Of a stretch of DNA of 36,314 bases, positions 9,198-17,610 are shown piece by piece. Position 1 is the stretch's first letter. Each line of letters begins with the position of its first letter. The position numbers and the translations under genes were made by a program. The DNA lies in the NCBI GenBank assembly GCA_964369015.1, contig CAYJDS010000002.1, positions 1-36,314 on the forward strand, written 5' to 3'. The DNA is from an uncultured Staphylococcaceae bacterium. GTDB lineage: Bacteria > Bacillota_I > Bacilli_A > RFN20 > CAG-826. Under the pieces are notes generated by a model, which was not told the origin of the DNA, made no database searches, and was given only the letters and a program-made list of their open reading frames with translations.

Positions 9198-10443
9198 AAT
9201 TTTAACGATTAGTAAACTAAACCGTTATGTTAAAAGTCTTCTCCAAAATGACGTCCTTTTAAGTAGTGTTGAAGTACGAGGCGAAATCATTAATTTAAAA
9301 CGCTACGCGAGTGCAGTCTATTTTACCCTTAAAGAAGGTGACCAAGCGCGGATTAGTGCTGTTTCTTTTACTTTAAATAATTTTCCATCAACTCTTAAAG
9401 ACGGCGACGAAGTAGTCTGTCGCGGCGGAGTTAGTTTATACGAAAAAAGTGGCACGTATCAGCTTATTTGTTATGACGTTAACTATTACGGGTTAGGGGC
9501 GAAACTTGTTGAACTCGCTAAACTTAAACAAAAACTTGAAAAAACTGGGATATTTAGTGCTGATCATAAGAAGAGTCTTCCTAAATTCCCAAAAACTATT
9601 GGTTTAATTACTCCAAAAGATAGCGCAGCGCAAAGCGACGTTATTACAAACATTACCCGCCGATATCCGCTGGTTAACTTAAAAATCGTTAATGCAACTT
9701 TTCAAGGTGATAATGCCCCGACTTCATTAATTAGTGCTTTTAAGAAACTTAATACGCATGAGATTGATGTTTTAATTATTGCCCGCGGCGGCGGAAGTAG
9801 TGACGACTTATGGGCATTTAATGATGAAGGACTCGTTTTAGCCCTTGCTGAACGGAAAATCCCCCTGATTAGCGCAATCGGGCACGAAATTGATACGACC
9901 CTCGTTGATTATATTGCCGACGTCCGCGCGAGTACACCAACCGCAGCGGCTGAACTTAGTGTTCCGAACAAACTTGACTTAACGCAAGACATCATTAACG
10001 CTAGTGAGCGGATCAAACAAACCTTAACTTTAAAGTACCGTCAACTCGAAGAAAAACTTAATTCGTTAATAACTCGGCCCGTTTTGACTAACTTCAGTGC
10101 AATTACGCTCAATATCAATGAAAAGATTGCTAATTTGAAACTGCGGCTTATTAAAGCAAGTCAAAATGAAGTAAATAATAGTATTACAACTGTTAATAAC
10201 CAAAAACAACGTTTAAATGAAGTAGTTAGTAAAATGTACTCGACTTTAAACCAAAAAGCAACTTACTTAGGCGCAAAAGTCGATTCACTTAATCCGCGCG
10301 GTATTTTAGCGCGGGGCTACGCTTTTATTAGTCGCGAGGCGGAAATAATCACCAGTGCCGCGACACTAGTCGAGAACGACGAAGTAACGATTACATTTAA
10401 TGACGGATCACAAAAAGCCATCATCAAGGGAGAAGAAGTATGA
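9190..10443 (+). CDS. xseA: Exodeoxyribonuclease VII large subunit
   Basis: 417 aa. N-terminal OB fold (ISKLNRYVKSLL...VEVRGEI), catalytic region (ARGGGS.DDLW.FN) and a long coiled-coil C-terminus. Overlaps nusB (ATGCATGA). Confidence 0.9.
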   Translation: MHEILTISKLNRYVKSLLQNDVLLSSVEVRGEIINLKRYASAVYFTLKEGDQARISAVSFTLNNFPSTLKDGDEVVCRGGVSLYEKSGTYQLICYDVNYYGLGAKLVELAKLKQKLEKTGIFSADHKKSLPKFPKTIGLITPKDSAAQSDVITNITRRYPLVNLKIVNATFQGDNAPTSLISAFKKLNTHEIDVLIIARGGGSSDDLWAFNDEGLVLALAERKIPLISAIGHEIDTTLVDYIADVRASTPTAAAELSVPNKLDLTQDIINASERIKQTLTLKYRQLEEKLNSLITRPVLTNFSAITLNINEKIANLKLRLIKASQNEVNNSITTVNNQKQRLNEVVSKMYSTLNQKATYLGAKVDSLNPRGILARGYAFISREAEIITSAATLVENDEVTITFNDGSQKAIIKGEEV

Positions 10444-10628
10444 GTAAAGAAAAAACATTTGAAGAGAAATTAAGTCGCCTTAACGTTATTGTTAGTGAAC
10501 TTGAAGGGGGCAAACTAAGCTTAGAAGCTAGTTTAAAACTCTTTGAAGAAGGCACCATCCTTAGTAGTGCCCTCGCTGAAGAGCTTAATAACGCTAAAAT
10601 CAAAATTGAGGAATTACAAGGCAAATAA
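10440..10628 (+). CDS. xseB: Exodeoxyribonuclease VII small subunit
   Basis: 62 aa. FEEKLSRL..IV..LE.G.LSLE.SL..FEEG signature. ATGA overlap with xseA. Confidence 0.88.
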   Translation: MSKEKTFEEKLSRLNVIVSELEGGKLSLEASLKLFEEGTILSSALAEELNNAKIKIEELQGK

Positions 10629-10804
10629 AGGCTTAATTACCCCTTTAGTTAAAAATTAGTAGTTTTCAAGTTGTTTTTTATATATGAATAATAGGTGGAA
10701 ATTGCACACTTTCAATTGTATTTATAATTAGGAGCGTATAAACATCAAACTAAGCAACTCTTATTATGTAAACCAAAATTGTTTAGTATAATGTAATTAT
10801 AAAT

Positions 10805-11971
10805 ATGAGTAAAATAATCTTACATATCGATTTAAATGCCTTCTTCGCAATGTGCGAGTTAATTAAAGACCCTAGTTTAAAAGGGAAACCTTTAATTGTC
10901 GGCGGCAGTGGCAGACGCGGAATTGTCAGCACCGCAAACTATGAAGCACGGAAATTTGGCATCCATTCGGCAATGCCGACCTACATGGCCTTGCGTAAAG
11001 TACCCGATTTAATTGTTAAAGAACCTGATTTTAAACTCTATCACCATTATTCAACCTTATTTTTTAATTATATTAAGGAAAATTTTTCACCGCTAGTCGA
11101 AGTTGCAAGTATTGACGAATGTTATGTTGACGCGACCGAAGCACTCGAAAAGGCCGAAAGACCAATTGAAAAGATTAAAGAATTGCAAATGACCCTTTTA
11201 AAAGAACTTGGACTATCATGTTCAATTGGCGTCGCACCGACAAAGTTTTTGGCAAAAATGGCCAGTAACTATCAAAAACCGCTTGGTTTAACGGTTATTA
11301 GACGCCGTGACGTGCCGACCATCCTCTGGCCACTTGCGATTGAAGAAATGTATGGGGTTGGGAAAAAAACTGCCCCACGCCTGCTTAGTTTAAAGATTAA
11401 AACCATTGGTGACTTAGCGAAAAGTGATGCACCTGAAGTGAAAGCACTGCTCGGTAAAAGCTACTTTACTCTCCGTGAATGGGCAAACGGGGGTGGGAGT
11501 GACGAAGTAATGGTGGAAGAAGAGGACGCGAAAAGTATTGGTCACTCGCAAACGTTTCTCTTTGATACGGACGATTATGACGAAATAAGTGCGCTGTTTA
11601 AGGAATTATCCGCTGGAGTTAGCAAAAGAGCGCTAAAAGAAGGAAAAAGCGGCTATACGATCCAAATTGTGATCCGTTACTTTACTTTTACAACTATTAA
11701 CCGCAGTGTGACCTTAAATAAGCCCACTAATAATGAGTTGAAAATCTTTTATGAAGCAATGAAACTTTTTGATAAAAATTATAATGACGAACCAATTCGC
11801 CTCTTAGGCGTAACACTCCAAAACCTGATTGATGAAGGTAGTTTACGCGAACAACTAAGTCTCTTTGACGATTTTTCACTTAAAACTAAGTCCGAAGTTA
11901 TCATTGACTTACTCAATGACGAATTTGAAAAGCCAACCTTTATTAAGGCGAGTGCCGTGAAAAAGGATTAG
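10805..11971 (+). CDS. dinB: DNA polymerase IV (Y-family translesion polymerase)
   Basis: 388 aa. ILHIDLNAFFAMCE, SIDECYVD and the SCSIGVAPTKFLAKMAS motif. Confidence 0.9.
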   Translation: MSKIILHIDLNAFFAMCELIKDPSLKGKPLIVGGSGRRGIVSTANYEARKFGIHSAMPTYMALRKVPDLIVKEPDFKLYHHYSTLFFNYIKENFSPLVEVASIDECYVDATEALEKAERPIEKIKELQMTLLKELGLSCSIGVAPTKFLAKMASNYQKPLGLTVIRRRDVPTILWPLAIEEMYGVGKKTAPRLLSLKIKTIGDLAKSDAPEVKALLGKSYFTLREWANGGGSDEVMVEEEDAKSIGHSQTFLFDTDDYDEISALFKELSAGVSKRALKEGKSGYTIQIVIRYFTFTTINRSVTLNKPTNNELKIFYEAMKLFDKNYNDEPIRLLGVTLQNLIDEGSLREQLSLFDDFSLKTKSEVIIDLLNDEFEKPTFIKASAVKKD

Positions 11972-11973
11972 TT

Positions 11974-12861
11974 ATGGATATAGATTTAGCATTAAACCAC
12001 TACACTAATTACCTTTATATTGAAAAAGGACTCGCTAAAACGACCGTTACGGCTTATTTAGACGATATTCATCTCTATCACGAAACCTTTAAGATTACGG
12101 CCACAAATGAACTAAATTCGCTGCAAATCCATGATTTTGTCAGTTTAGAGAGTCAAAAAGGCTTAAGTGGGTCAACGATTGTCCGGCGCTTATCATCAAT
12201 TTATAACTATTTACTCTTTTTAAAAGACGAAGGACTCTTTAATGATGAGTTAAAAAAGATTCCCCGTCCAAAAGTTAGTAAACCACTGCCAACATACTTA
12301 ACGAATAATGAAGTCGATGCGCTTCTGGAAGCTCCTGACACAACGACTAAACGGGGAATTCGTGACCAAGCAATGCTTGAAGTAATGTATGCAAGTGGAC
12401 TTCGCGTCTCGGAATTGCTTAATCTAAGCAAGGAGCAAGTTAATTTTAAGCGCGGAACGATTAGAATTAAGGGAAAAGGTAATAAAGAAAGATTAGTCCC
12501 ACTCGGCGAATATGCTTTAAGTAAGCTTGTTACTTATATTAATGAGGTTCGACCAAGTGAGGGGAAGAAGGACGAGAAGATTCTTTTTCTAAATACGAGT
12601 GGGAAAGGACTAAGTCGGCAATACTTTTTTAAAATGATTAAAGAATACGCTTCTGAGGCCGGAATCCGTAAAAAAGTCTCACCGCACACGCTTCGCCACG
12701 CTTTTGCGACTCATTTACTGGAAAACGGCGCAGAATTACGAGCGGTTCAAATAATGCTTGGCCACGCTAATATTGCCACAACTCAAATATACTTAAATAT
12801 TTCATCAAATCGGATCGTCAGTGCCTACGACCGTATTATGAATAATTCGAGTCGAAAATAG
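11974..12861 (+). CDS. xerD: Tyrosine site-specific recombinase, XerD-like
   Basis: 295 aa. LRDQAMLEVMYASGLRVSEL, GKGNKERLVPLG and HTLRHAFATHLLENGA.LR.VQ.MLGHA.I.TTQIY, including the catalytic RHRY residues' contexts. Confidence 0.82.
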   Translation: MDIDLALNHYTNYLYIEKGLAKTTVTAYLDDIHLYHETFKITATNELNSLQIHDFVSLESQKGLSGSTIVRRLSSIYNYLLFLKDEGLFNDELKKIPRPKVSKPLPTYLTNNEVDALLEAPDTTTKRGIRDQAMLEVMYASGLRVSELLNLSKEQVNFKRGTIRIKGKGNKERLVPLGEYALSKLVTYINEVRPSEGKKDEKILFLNTSGKGLSRQYFFKMIKEYASEAGIRKKVSPHTLRHAFATHLLENGAELRAVQIMLGHANIATTQIYLNISSNRIVSAYDRIMNNSSRK

Positions 12862-12909
12862 CCAAAAAAACATTTTTAATGTTTAAAGATTTTGCATTCA
12901 TTGCTAATT

Positions 12910-12918
12910 TGTTATAAT
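12910..12918 (+). promoter_or_regulatory. Extended -10 promoter (TGTTATAAT) for deoB
   Basis: TGnTATAAT at 12910-12918. AGAGAGGA Shine-Dalgarno about 10 nt before the ATG at 12948. Confidence 0.5.
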
Positions 12919-12947
12919 TAAATTACGCAAAGAGAGGATTTATATTT

Positions 12948-14156
12948 ATGGAAATTAAAAAATTTAAACGCGTTTTTTTGGTTGTCATGGATAGTGTTGG
13001 GATTGGTTCGATGCCGGACGCTAAGCTTTTTGGTGATGAAGGGAGTCATACCTTACGCCACGCGGCTGAAAGTAAACCTGAAGGATTAGTGGTCCCAAAC
13101 TTAGAAAAATATGGTTTAGGCAACTTAAGTGATATTCGCGGGGTAAAACCGGTTAAAAACCACCCAAATTCGTATGCTTTTAAGATTTTAGAAGCAAGTA
13201 ACGGCAAAGATACGATGACCGGACATTGGGAAATGGTTGGCATTTACACCAAAAAACCATTCAAAACCTTTACTGACCACGGCTTTCCGCAAGAATTAAT
13301 TGCTGAATTAAGTGCCAAGACTGGTTATAAGATTATTGGTAACAAAGCCGCGAGTGGAACGGAGATTTTAGTCGAACTTGGTGAAGAATCAATGCACGAG
13401 AATAGCTTGATTGTTTATACGTCCGCCGATAGTGTCTTACAAATCGCTGCTCACGAAGAAGTAACTGGCTTAGAAGAACTCTACCGCGCTTGTGAAGTAG
13501 CGCGCGAAATTTGTATGCGTCCGGAATACTTATTAGGCCGGATTATTGCTCGTCCTTTCCTCGGTAAAGATAAAGATTCCTTTAAAAGAACCTCAAATCG
13601 TCACGATTACGCCCTTTCCCCTAGTGAACCAACTGTTTTAAATATTCTTGATGATAACGGCTACACCGTCAGTGCAGTTGGCAAAATTAGCGATATTTTC
13701 AATAATTATGGCATTACGCGAACTGTTAAAACCGTCAGTAACGAAGACGGAATGGATAAAACGATTGCCCAAGCGGTCGCTAAAGAGTTTAATGGCTTAA
13801 TTTTCACTAATCTCGTTGAGTTTGATAGTGAATACGGCCATCGCCGTGATCCACTAGGCTATGCGCTGGCAATTGAACGCTTTGATAAACGCTTAGGCGA
13901 GCTCGTAGCGGCGGTAAATGAAGATGACCTCGTCTTAGTCACCGCTGACCACGGCAACGACCCGACGTGGCATGGAACTGATCATACACGGGAAATGGTG
14001 CCGCTCATTGCTATCTCTAAATCATTTAAAAACGGTCGTGAACTCGAAAATAGAACAACTTTCGCCGATTTAGGCGCGACTGTCTTAAGTAATTTCAATC
14101 TTTTACCGACTCCAACCTTAATTGGTACGCCGATTAAAGAGTTACTAGAAGACTAA
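12948..14156 (+). CDS. deoB: Phosphopentomutase
   Basis: 402 aa. [20 protein letters not shown] and ADHGNDPT metal-site motifs. Confidence 0.9.
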   Translation: MEIKKFKRVFLVVMDSVGIGSMPDAKLFGDEGSHTLRHAAESKPEGLVVPNLEKYGLGNLSDIRGVKPVKNHPNSYAFKILEASNGKDTMTGHWEMVGIYTKKPFKTFTDHGFPQELIAELSAKTGYKIIGNKAASGTEILVELGEESMHENSLIVYTSADSVLQIAAHEEVTGLEELYRACEVAREICMRPEYLLGRIIARPFLGKDKDSFKRTSNRHDYALSPSEPTVLNILDDNGYTVSAVGKISDIFNNYGITRTVKTVSNEDGMDKTIAQAVAKEFNGLIFTNLVEFDSEYGHRRDPLGYALAIERFDKRLGELVAAVNEDDLVLVTADHGNDPTWHGTDHTREMVPLIAISKSFKNGRELENRTTFADLGATVLSNFNLLPTPTLIGTPIKELLED

Positions 14157-14184
14157 AAACATTTAAAAACTGCATAAACTGAAG

Positions 14185-14209
14185 AAAAGACGGTTTTAAC
14201 CGTCTTTTT
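14185..14209 (+). terminator. Rho-independent terminator after deoB
   Basis: AAAGACGG / CCGTCTTT stem with a short loop, followed by a T-run. Confidence 0.8.
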
Positions 14210-14286
14210 ACATTATTTTTGCTAATTTTGTGACAAAAAAGCTGGAACACTTGTATTTATAGGTAGTTAGAAAAAGGAGAAAGTTT

Positions 14287-14829
14287 ATGATGATACCTAA
14301 CAATCGATTTCTGCGCATTAATGAGCCCGCAATAGAGGCGTGCGACTACCGGGTCAAAAAGCACTATAGCGCGCTGCTAGACTGGTTTAAACGCAATTTA
14401 GACTATGAATTATTCCTACTCGAGAACAAATTGAAGTATAAAATTGAACAAGGAGATGTCTACGAAGTAGATTTTGGCCGAAACCTTGGGAGTGAACTCA
14501 ATGAACGTCATTACGCAGTCGTCTTACATCATAGTGATGAAGACGCACAAAACATTGTAGTTGTCCCGTTAACGACGAAACTCCACTATAGTTATGGCGA
14601 AGCAGTAGAATTAGGTTATTTACCAGGGGTTAAGACTAATGAAGTGAGTTACGCAAAAATAAGTCAAATTCGCACAGTTGATAAAGTACGCATTTATTTG
14701 CGGCCAATTATCAATAATAACTATGAAAAAGGGTTTAGTAATACCATTGGACCGGTCACTAAGTTAACGAGTGAACAATTCAAAGTAATTGTGTCAGGAC
14801 TCAATAAATTAATCAATAATCGTCTTTAG
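14287..14829 (+). CDS. MazF/PemK-fold (type II toxin-like endoribonuclease) protein with an approximately 55-aa N-terminal extension and no adjacent antitoxin ORF
   Basis: 180 aa with a strong Shine-Dalgarno (AAGGAGA). The core GDVYEVDFGRNLGSELNERHYAVVL...VVVPLTTK...AKISQIRTVDKVRI aligns by eye with MazF/EndoA (GDIY.VDF....GSE..G.RP.LVI...V..A.IT...EQIRTIDK.RL). Confidence 0.7.
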   Translation: MMIPNNRFLRINEPAIEACDYRVKKHYSALLDWFKRNLDYELFLLENKLKYKIEQGDVYEVDFGRNLGSELNERHYAVVLHHSDEDAQNIVVVPLTTKLHYSYGEAVELGYLPGVKTNEVSYAKISQIRTVDKVRIYLRPIINNNYEKGFSNTIGPVTKLTSEQFKVIVSGLNKLINNRL

Positions 14830-14958
14830 TAAATAATTAGTAGTTTAATAGTAAATAATAAGTTGTGGATAATTAACCACCCTATTTTTAACATCTATTA
14901 AATAATAATTACGAAAAATAATAATAAAACATCATATAATCACGCTTTTTAATATATT

Positions 14959-14986
14959 GGTTTACATAATATTAATTATTGAAAGT
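14959..14986 (-). other. dif: Candidate dif site (XerCD chromosome-dimer resolution site) at the replication terminus
   Basis: The minus-strand read ACTTTCAATAA-TTAATA-TTATGTAAACC matches B. subtilis dif (ACTTCCTAGAA-TATATA-TTATGTAAACT, recalled from memory) at 22/28 positions, with the XerD arm at 10/11. It lies exactly where gene orientation switches from + to -. Confidence 0.7.
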
Positions 14987-15057
14987 TCATAAATTAGGTA
15001 AAATTAGCTGTTTTAATCAATAATTAGTCCTTCTTTCACTTCTTAACGATATATATT

Positions 15058-15083
15058 AAAAAGCACTTGTTCTTACAAGCGCT
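15058..15083 (-). terminator. Rho-independent terminator after nadD/yqeK
   Basis: The minus-strand read AGCGCTTGT-AAGA-ACAAGTGCT (one mismatch) is followed by TTTTT. Confidence 0.7.
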
Positions 15084-15110
15084 CTATTGTTATATGTATT
15101 AATTCGTCAA

Positions 15111-16190
15111 TTATTTAAGATAATAGACAATTGCTTCGTATGTCAGTCGATTTTGATAATCAATGCCTTTAGCTTTAAAGTAATCGATATTAGCCTTTAA
15201 GACCGTTACAAAGCCTTGATCAACATTAGCAAGCATTGCGGCGATTAACTCACTACTATCAAAGTCTCTAGTTGGTTCAATCTTATCGGCAGCGTAGAGA
15301 ATTTTATCGAGCTTCTTCATCTTTGCTCCCGCGGTAGTGTGGAACCGAATTGCCCGTAAGATATCTTTATTAGTAACGTTAAATTCTTTTTTACTAATAT
15401 ATTCACCAACAAAGGAATGATAACTCCACGCGGGCAAATCAAGATACTTTGCGTAATACTTTTCCATAATTGCCATTGTTTTAGCTTCTGGTACTTCTTT
15501 ACCAATGTCATGATATAGGCCAGCAAGAAAGGCGGGCAAGGGATCAAGATTATTACTAAGGGCAATTAAGCGACTTAATTTTGCTACTTCAACACTATGA
15601 AGATAACGCTTATTACTCATCCGTTTTGCAATCTGACCACTAAAGTAGAGTTTATTGCGCACTAAGTATTCCAGAACGGGTGAGGGCACGTCAATGTTTT
15701 CCCCGTGTCGAATCGCGGTACTACTTACTTCGCGCTTGGGCCCAGTTATTACTAACATCTTGAAAGTATTAATATTATTAGTGGCTAAATTACTTCCTTT
15801 TCGTTTATAGACTAATATCGTGGCTAAAGCGGCTATTTCTTCCGGTTTTTGCCATTTATGGAATAAATTAGCTTGGTCAGCGCCAATGAGGAGAAAGAGT
15901 TCGTCTTCAGGATAGGTATACTTTAGTTTTAGAAGCGTTTCATAAGTATAGTTTGTTTTTCCTTCGTTTTCTTCTTCAATCCGACACAACTTAAATCCTT
16001 CTTCGGTTAAAGCCTCATTAATCATGTTTGCGCGGTCATTAAAGGGCGTATCGACCTTTTTCCAAACTGTTGACGGGGAGAGTAAAAATAAGACTAAATC
16101 AGCCTTAATTTGACTCTTAGCACTTCTTGCAATTTGTAAATGACCGTTATGAAGTGGATCAAAGCTTCCGGGAAAAACGATTATTTTCAT
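15111..16190 (-). CDS. nadD: Fusion protein: nicotinate-nucleotide adenylyltransferase (NadD) plus a YqeK-type HD-domain hydrolase
   Basis: 359 aa. The N-terminal part has GSFDPLHNGHL and ISST.IR. The C-terminal part has an HD domain (HSVEVAKL...GLYHDIGK...RFHTT...DKIEPTR). Confidence 0.88.
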   Translation of the reverse strand: MKIIVFPGSFDPLHNGHLQIARSAKSQIKADLVLFLLSPSTVWKKVDTPFNDRANMINEALTEEGFKLCRIEEENEGKTNYTYETLLKLKYTYPEDELFLLIGADQANLFHKWQKPEEIAALATILVYKRKGSNLATNNINTFKMLVITGPKREVSSTAIRHGENIDVPSPVLEYLVRNKLYFSGQIAKRMSNKRYLHSVEVAKLSRLIALSNNLDPLPAFLAGLYHDIGKEVPEAKTMAIMEKYYAKYLDLPAWSYHSFVGEYISKKEFNVTNKDILRAIRFHTTAGAKMKKLDKILYAADKIEPTRDFDSSELIAAMLANVDQGFVTVLKANIDYFKAKGIDYQNRLTYEAIVYYLK

Positions 16191-16480
16191 AGTGGAAACT
16201 TTATTTTAATATCTTTCGGGTTTTTACGGTACAAAACAAAGGTCCGGCCTTTGACTTCAATTAAATCAGCGTTAACAAGCCGAGCGACCGCAAGGGCAAG
16301 TTCTTCAACTTCACTGGTTACGGTTGTTAAAACACTAATCTTAATGAGTTCACGAGCGCTTAAAGCATCATCAAAGAGCTTTTTATGCGCTTCGGCGACT
16401 TCATTTTTGCCAATTTGGAATAAAGATTTTTCTTTTTGCGCTAAACCTTTTAAATAGCGTTTGTCTTTTTTCGATATCAT
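16187..16480 (-). CDS. yhbY: YhbY/YqeI-family CRM-domain RNA-binding protein
   Basis: 97 aa. LKGLA...LFQIGKNEV and the ELIKISVL pattern. Conserved position between yqeH and nadD. Confidence 0.82.
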   Translation of the reverse strand: MISKKDKRYLKGLAQKEKSLFQIGKNEVAEAHKKLFDDALSARELIKISVLTTVTSEVEELALAVARLVNADLIEVKGRTFVLYRKNPKDIKIKFPL

Positions 16481-16482
16481 TT

Positions 16483-17610
16483 TTATATTTTACTTTCGTT
16501 ATAACTTATGGCGACGCCACGTGGCGCGTAAATGCGAATCAACCGTTTCACGCCTTTAAAACTAACAAAGCCGAGTCCGTTCCAACTCACGTCATATTTT
16601 TTATCATCTTCCGTCGTGAATTCAAAGGCATCTAAATCAGTCATTGCCGTAACGAGGGTTGAAATTGGTTTAGTTTTACCGGTTTTAAGGAGCGAATTAA
16701 ACACTTTATCAGCGTTTCGCATTGCACTGCGGTTTAGTTTGACGTCAGCAGCAAAGTAAAAGGTAAAGGAAGTACTGGCGCCTTTGACAAAGTCAAGCCG
16801 AGCCACCCCACCAATTAAAATTGATTGTTGGGCCATTAATTGATAAGTAACGGGTTTGATTGTCAAGCGCGGGACAATAATCTTAATGACTTCTTTTTCC
16901 GCCATTCCTAACAGCGAATTATTAATCGAAATTCCCGGCGTGTCGTAAATTGTCGCTTTTTCAGTAACGGGGATTTCTTGAACGGCCAGGGTCGTATTTG
17001 GATAAATACTTGTCGTAATATAACGACTAGTGTCATTTTTAAAGTTTTTTAAGAGTGTTTTAATTAAACTTGATTTCCCACTGCTGACGGCACCGATGAA
17101 ATAGATGTCGCGTAATTCATCTAAATCATAAATTACGTCAATAATTTCATTAATGTTGTAGTTTTTGGTGCTACTTGCAACGATTACATCTTTAACCCCG
17201 AGTCCTTCGTCTTTAATTTTCCGCGCAACATAGGCGCGAATTTTCTCTTCATTAGTGCTTTTAGGTAGTAAGTCAAACTTATTAGCAATTAGGACAATGT
17301 CAAGACCGGCCAGCGCTTGATTAATTTCATGATTAAAACTTGATTCAAAGTTAAAAACATCGACGACGTAGAAAATTAAGCCGTTTTTGGCTTTAATATC
17401 CGCAATTAACTTCATGAAGTCAACACTAACAATCGGTTCTTTCAGTTTGTCAGCGCTATAATGGTGGGTTTTAAAACAACGTTGGCAAAGATATCCGTCG
17501 TTACTTTCTAAAAATTTTTCTGGAATGTAGCCAACTGCTTCTTCGTTTGTGGACTGGAGCAGTGCCCCACAACCATAACATCTTTTGACTCTTACTAAGT
17601 TATCGACCAT
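16483..17610 (-). CDS. yqeH: Ribosome biogenesis GTPase YqeH (circularly permuted GTPase)
   Basis: 375 aa. N-terminal Zn-ribbon (CYGCG...CQRCF), permuted G motifs (NKFDLL, then GAVSSGKSSL, then DTPG). Confidence 0.88.
   Translation of the reverse strand: MVDNLVRVKRCYGCGALLQSTNEEAVGYIPEKFLESNDGYLCQRCFKTHHYSADKLKEPIVSVDFMKLIADIKAKNGLIFYVVDVFNFESSFNHEINQALAGLDIVLIANKFDLLPKSTNEEKIRAYVARKIKDEGLGVKDVIVASSTKNYNINEIIDVIYDLDELRDIYFIGAVSSGKSSLIKTLLKNFKNDTSRYITTSIYPNTTLAVQEIPVTEKATIYDTPGISINNSLLGMAEKEVIKIIVPRLTIKPVTYQLMAQQSILIGGVARLDFVKGASTSFTFYFAADVKLNRSAMRNADKVFNSLLKTGKTKPISTLVTAMTDLDAFEFTTEDDKKYDVSWNGLGFVSFKGVKRLIRIYAPRGVAISYNESKI

Noticed and set aside
10700-10730. A search for a LexA (Cheo-box, GAAC-N4-GTTC) operator upstream of dinB. 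The only nearby palindrome is the short AATTG...CAATT inverted repeat.
   Set aside because: There is no GAAC/GTTC half-site pair, and the 5-bp palindrome is too weak to call.
14205-14232. A possible degenerate second dif (TTTTTACATTATTTTTGCTAATTTTGTG) upstream of the MazF-like gene. Together with the real dif it would bracket the gene like an IMEX.
   Set aside because: Only about 8/11 positions match the XerD arm and the rest matches poorly. It overlaps the T-run of the deoB terminator, and such matches are easy to find in AT-rich DNA. It is worth a formal PSSM score but is not supportable by eye.
14864-14872. A perfect consensus DnaA box (TGTGGATAA, the reverse complement of TTATCCACA) in the AT-rich gap next to dif. 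I considered whether it marks a replication origin.
   Set aside because: It is a single box with no cluster, and there is no dnaA or dnaN nearby. Genes converge on this gap rather than diverging from it, and a dif-like site lies 90 bp away. All of this fits a terminus, so an isolated 9-mer here is probably chance or a DnaA titration site.
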